A DNA stretch of 64,000 bases from Selaginella moellendorffii (Eukaryota > Plantae > Lycopodiophyta). How positions within the stretch are numbered: position 1 is the first letter of the stretch; every line of letters begins with the position of its first letter. The translations under genes and the position numbers were made by a program. This document shows, piece by piece, positions 62,009-64,000 of this stretch. Location: NCBI RefSeq assembly GCF_000143415.4, contig NW_003314290.1:1602454-1666453 (forward strand), in the 5' to 3' direction. Below the pieces are notes generated by a model. That model searched no databases and was not told the DNA's origin. It saw only the letters and a list, made by a program, of their open reading frames with translations.

Positions 62009-64000
62009 CTAAGCAGCAAACAAGAGGTTTCTGCCAAGGCAGTCACCCACGCGGTTAGAAGGCTCTAGAAAAGAAGTGTGCCAAACTCACTTCGAGTAAT
62101 CGAGGTGATAGCTCACCACGCCGCTGAACAGGAACTCCGTCGAATAAATCTTAATCCCTGAAGTACCACCAGGCATAACTACACTCTCAAAACAAATCTT
62201 ACTATATAATCGTACCCTTCTTGATAAGTGGTAAGCAATACTTTCGATCCTCCTCGCAAGAGATCACTAGACAACCCCCAGTGGCTTCGTTCTTCTTGAC
62301 AATCTGCGTAACAGCAGTCAATACTTCCAATTCACACACATACACACACCTTTCCTCCCGCAGCTTTTACAACGGACTCCACCATGTCCAGTGGCTTCGT
62401 ATTTGGAGTTATGTGCACTGGGATTCCCTGTTGATTTTGTCAAGCTTCATCGGTTCTGAGAGAAAAAGACGTGTGACTATACCTCCAACAGTAGCCTTTG
62501 CTGAGCAGAAATATACGTTGAATGCATAGAAAACCCGAGCTCCTTCTCCTTCTTAGAGTCATCCACGATGAATTTCTTCTCGTCCACCGCGCACCCTGCC
62601 ACGCTGCAGCTCTCTATCCACGCCAAATCCACAACGGGCTTTCCCGCAGCCAGGACTTCCAGCATATTGGCTGTTCTCAAGAACCTGTCCGTGATGAAGT
62701 GTGTGCATTCCGCAGCTTTTTCCACGACCTGGAACTTGAGCTTCTTCAGCACCTAGCAGAACGTAACCGGTTACAAAAACTTGACAGGACCAGCTACAAA
62801 CATGCTTACTTTCTTCTGCTCCTCGATCGTATCCTTGCCGAGGGAGTGACTAAACAGAACTTTAACTGGCCGTCGTCTGCTCCTTCTCGGTGTGTCGTCG
62901 GCTATGATCAGCTTCTCCGCCTCACTTTTTCGCTTCCTAGCCGTCGACTTGCTGCCCTTCGTTACAGCTTCAGCAGAAACGGCATCGTTACTCGTGCTTT
63001 TAGGAGTCTGTGGATCTACTTGCGGTGCTGTAAAAACTACCTGATCAGCGCGCCTTGGGGAAGCCTTTCTACGCCTTTTACCTCTAGCGGTACTGCGTGG
63101 AGGCGCGGTTTTCCGTTTGTTCGTGCTCGGCTTACTTCCCGTCGCCACCGAAAGAGGCGTTTTACCCTGTTCTTCAAGCGCCTCAGAGACTTTTTCTTCA
63201 TCCAAAACCTGCGCTGGCTGGTCACCTTCTGCTGCTAGCACCCCGGCTTTCATGAGCGGATCCTCCTGGCTCGTTACGAAATCATATACTGAAGAAGGGT
63301 CGTCCCGCTGGAGCTGTACGATGCGAGAGGCGAGCACGTTCATCTTCTTGTTTTCCACGTCAAAGTCACCGAGTTGAGCCTCTTGAGAGAAATCGCCGTT
63401 TGTGGACACCAACCGTTCCAGCGCCTCAAGAGCAATGGCCTGCGACTCCTCTCCCGGATCCTGAGAATTAAGATAGCTGAGCTCCCTCACGGGAGCTACG
63501 ATCGCACTCAGAGGTTGCGCAGGGTGACGGTGATCTTCGCCTGGAACACTCTTCCCATCGAACAAGACCTTTCGAATTTTGTCCAGAGAATTCTCCTGCT
63601 GAGGACTAGCCGAGTCCGACTTTTTGTCCCGGTTCTCTGTCGACTTCTTGTTGTTCGAGCACAATGCCGGGACAAGGCTGATGTTCTTGAGAGTTTGAGA
63701 GACGGGAGTTGACGCTGAGCAACTGGCTCCACCGTTCGAAGTCACCAGATTCTCTTCCACAAGCGATGGCGCTGGCTTGAAGACGTCGAAAGCAATCGTG
63801 GAAGTCTTGGCCTGCTTAATACCCCATTGCAAGACAAACTTGGCCGAATCGTCCACTTCAACTTTTTCCTGTGGATCCTTCTCTAGCTCTAGCTTGGATA
63901 CCAACCTCTCGTAAGCCGCCATGGCTGATCCACGCAGCGACTGCACACGTATCGACGCCAAGCTCTTTGCTTTTTTCTCTTCCACCGGATTTTCCAGCCC
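62009..64000 (-). CDS. Tandem-BRCT protein (MDC1/PAXIP1-like), 5'-partial at the window edge
   Basis: LSYLNSQDPGEESQAIALEALERL, then VLFSHSL, THFITDRFLRTANMLEVLAAGKPVV...W, DSKKEKELGFSM and IYSTEFLFSGVV. Confidence 0.85.

Noticed and set aside
1-64000. tRNA, rRNA, snoRNA genes and U12 introns
   Set aside because: None recognised by eye and the introns I inspected were GT-AG. A covariance-model scan was not possible, so small RNAs are not excluded.

Overview
Gene-dense plant nuclear DNA with very short (about 50-60 nt) GT-AG introns and tiny intergenic spacers. A ciliary gene and the style of the PLS-PPR protein suggest a flagellate-sperm land plant, most likely the lycophyte Selaginella (inference). 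About 22 protein genes are recognisable: mitoribosomal mL60, SDHAF4, GH127, PLS-PPR, homogentisate dioxygenase, TVP38/VTT, SF3a60, two J8-like DnaJ, TIM17, a dirigent-like protein, GH17-X8, a stellacyanin-type phytocyanin, an ODA-DC2/CCDC114-like coiled coil, a GDSL lipase, an MpaB/DUF2236-like oxygenase, two tandem LRR-RLKs, DDB1, an F-box protein, a dual-specificity phosphatase and a 5'-partial BRCT protein. There are also two broken Crinkler-type loci (an HNH nuclease and a P-loop NTPase). Two AT-rich tracts are decayed transposon DNA. The second holds a pogo-like DDE remnant, a nested degenerate Ty3/gypsy element (49058-57631, GAAGG TSD) whose LTRs are partly inverted relative to each other, and a G-box-rich solo LTR (55446-56593, AAACC TSD) inside its integrase. 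The best leads are the outer-dynein-arm docking homolog in a lineage reported to lack outer arms, the microbial-type MpaB-like oxygenase, the Crinkler-like loci, the partly inverted LTR pair and the tightly packed mL60/SDHAF4 pair. All family calls come from motif recognition by eye; no database search was run.
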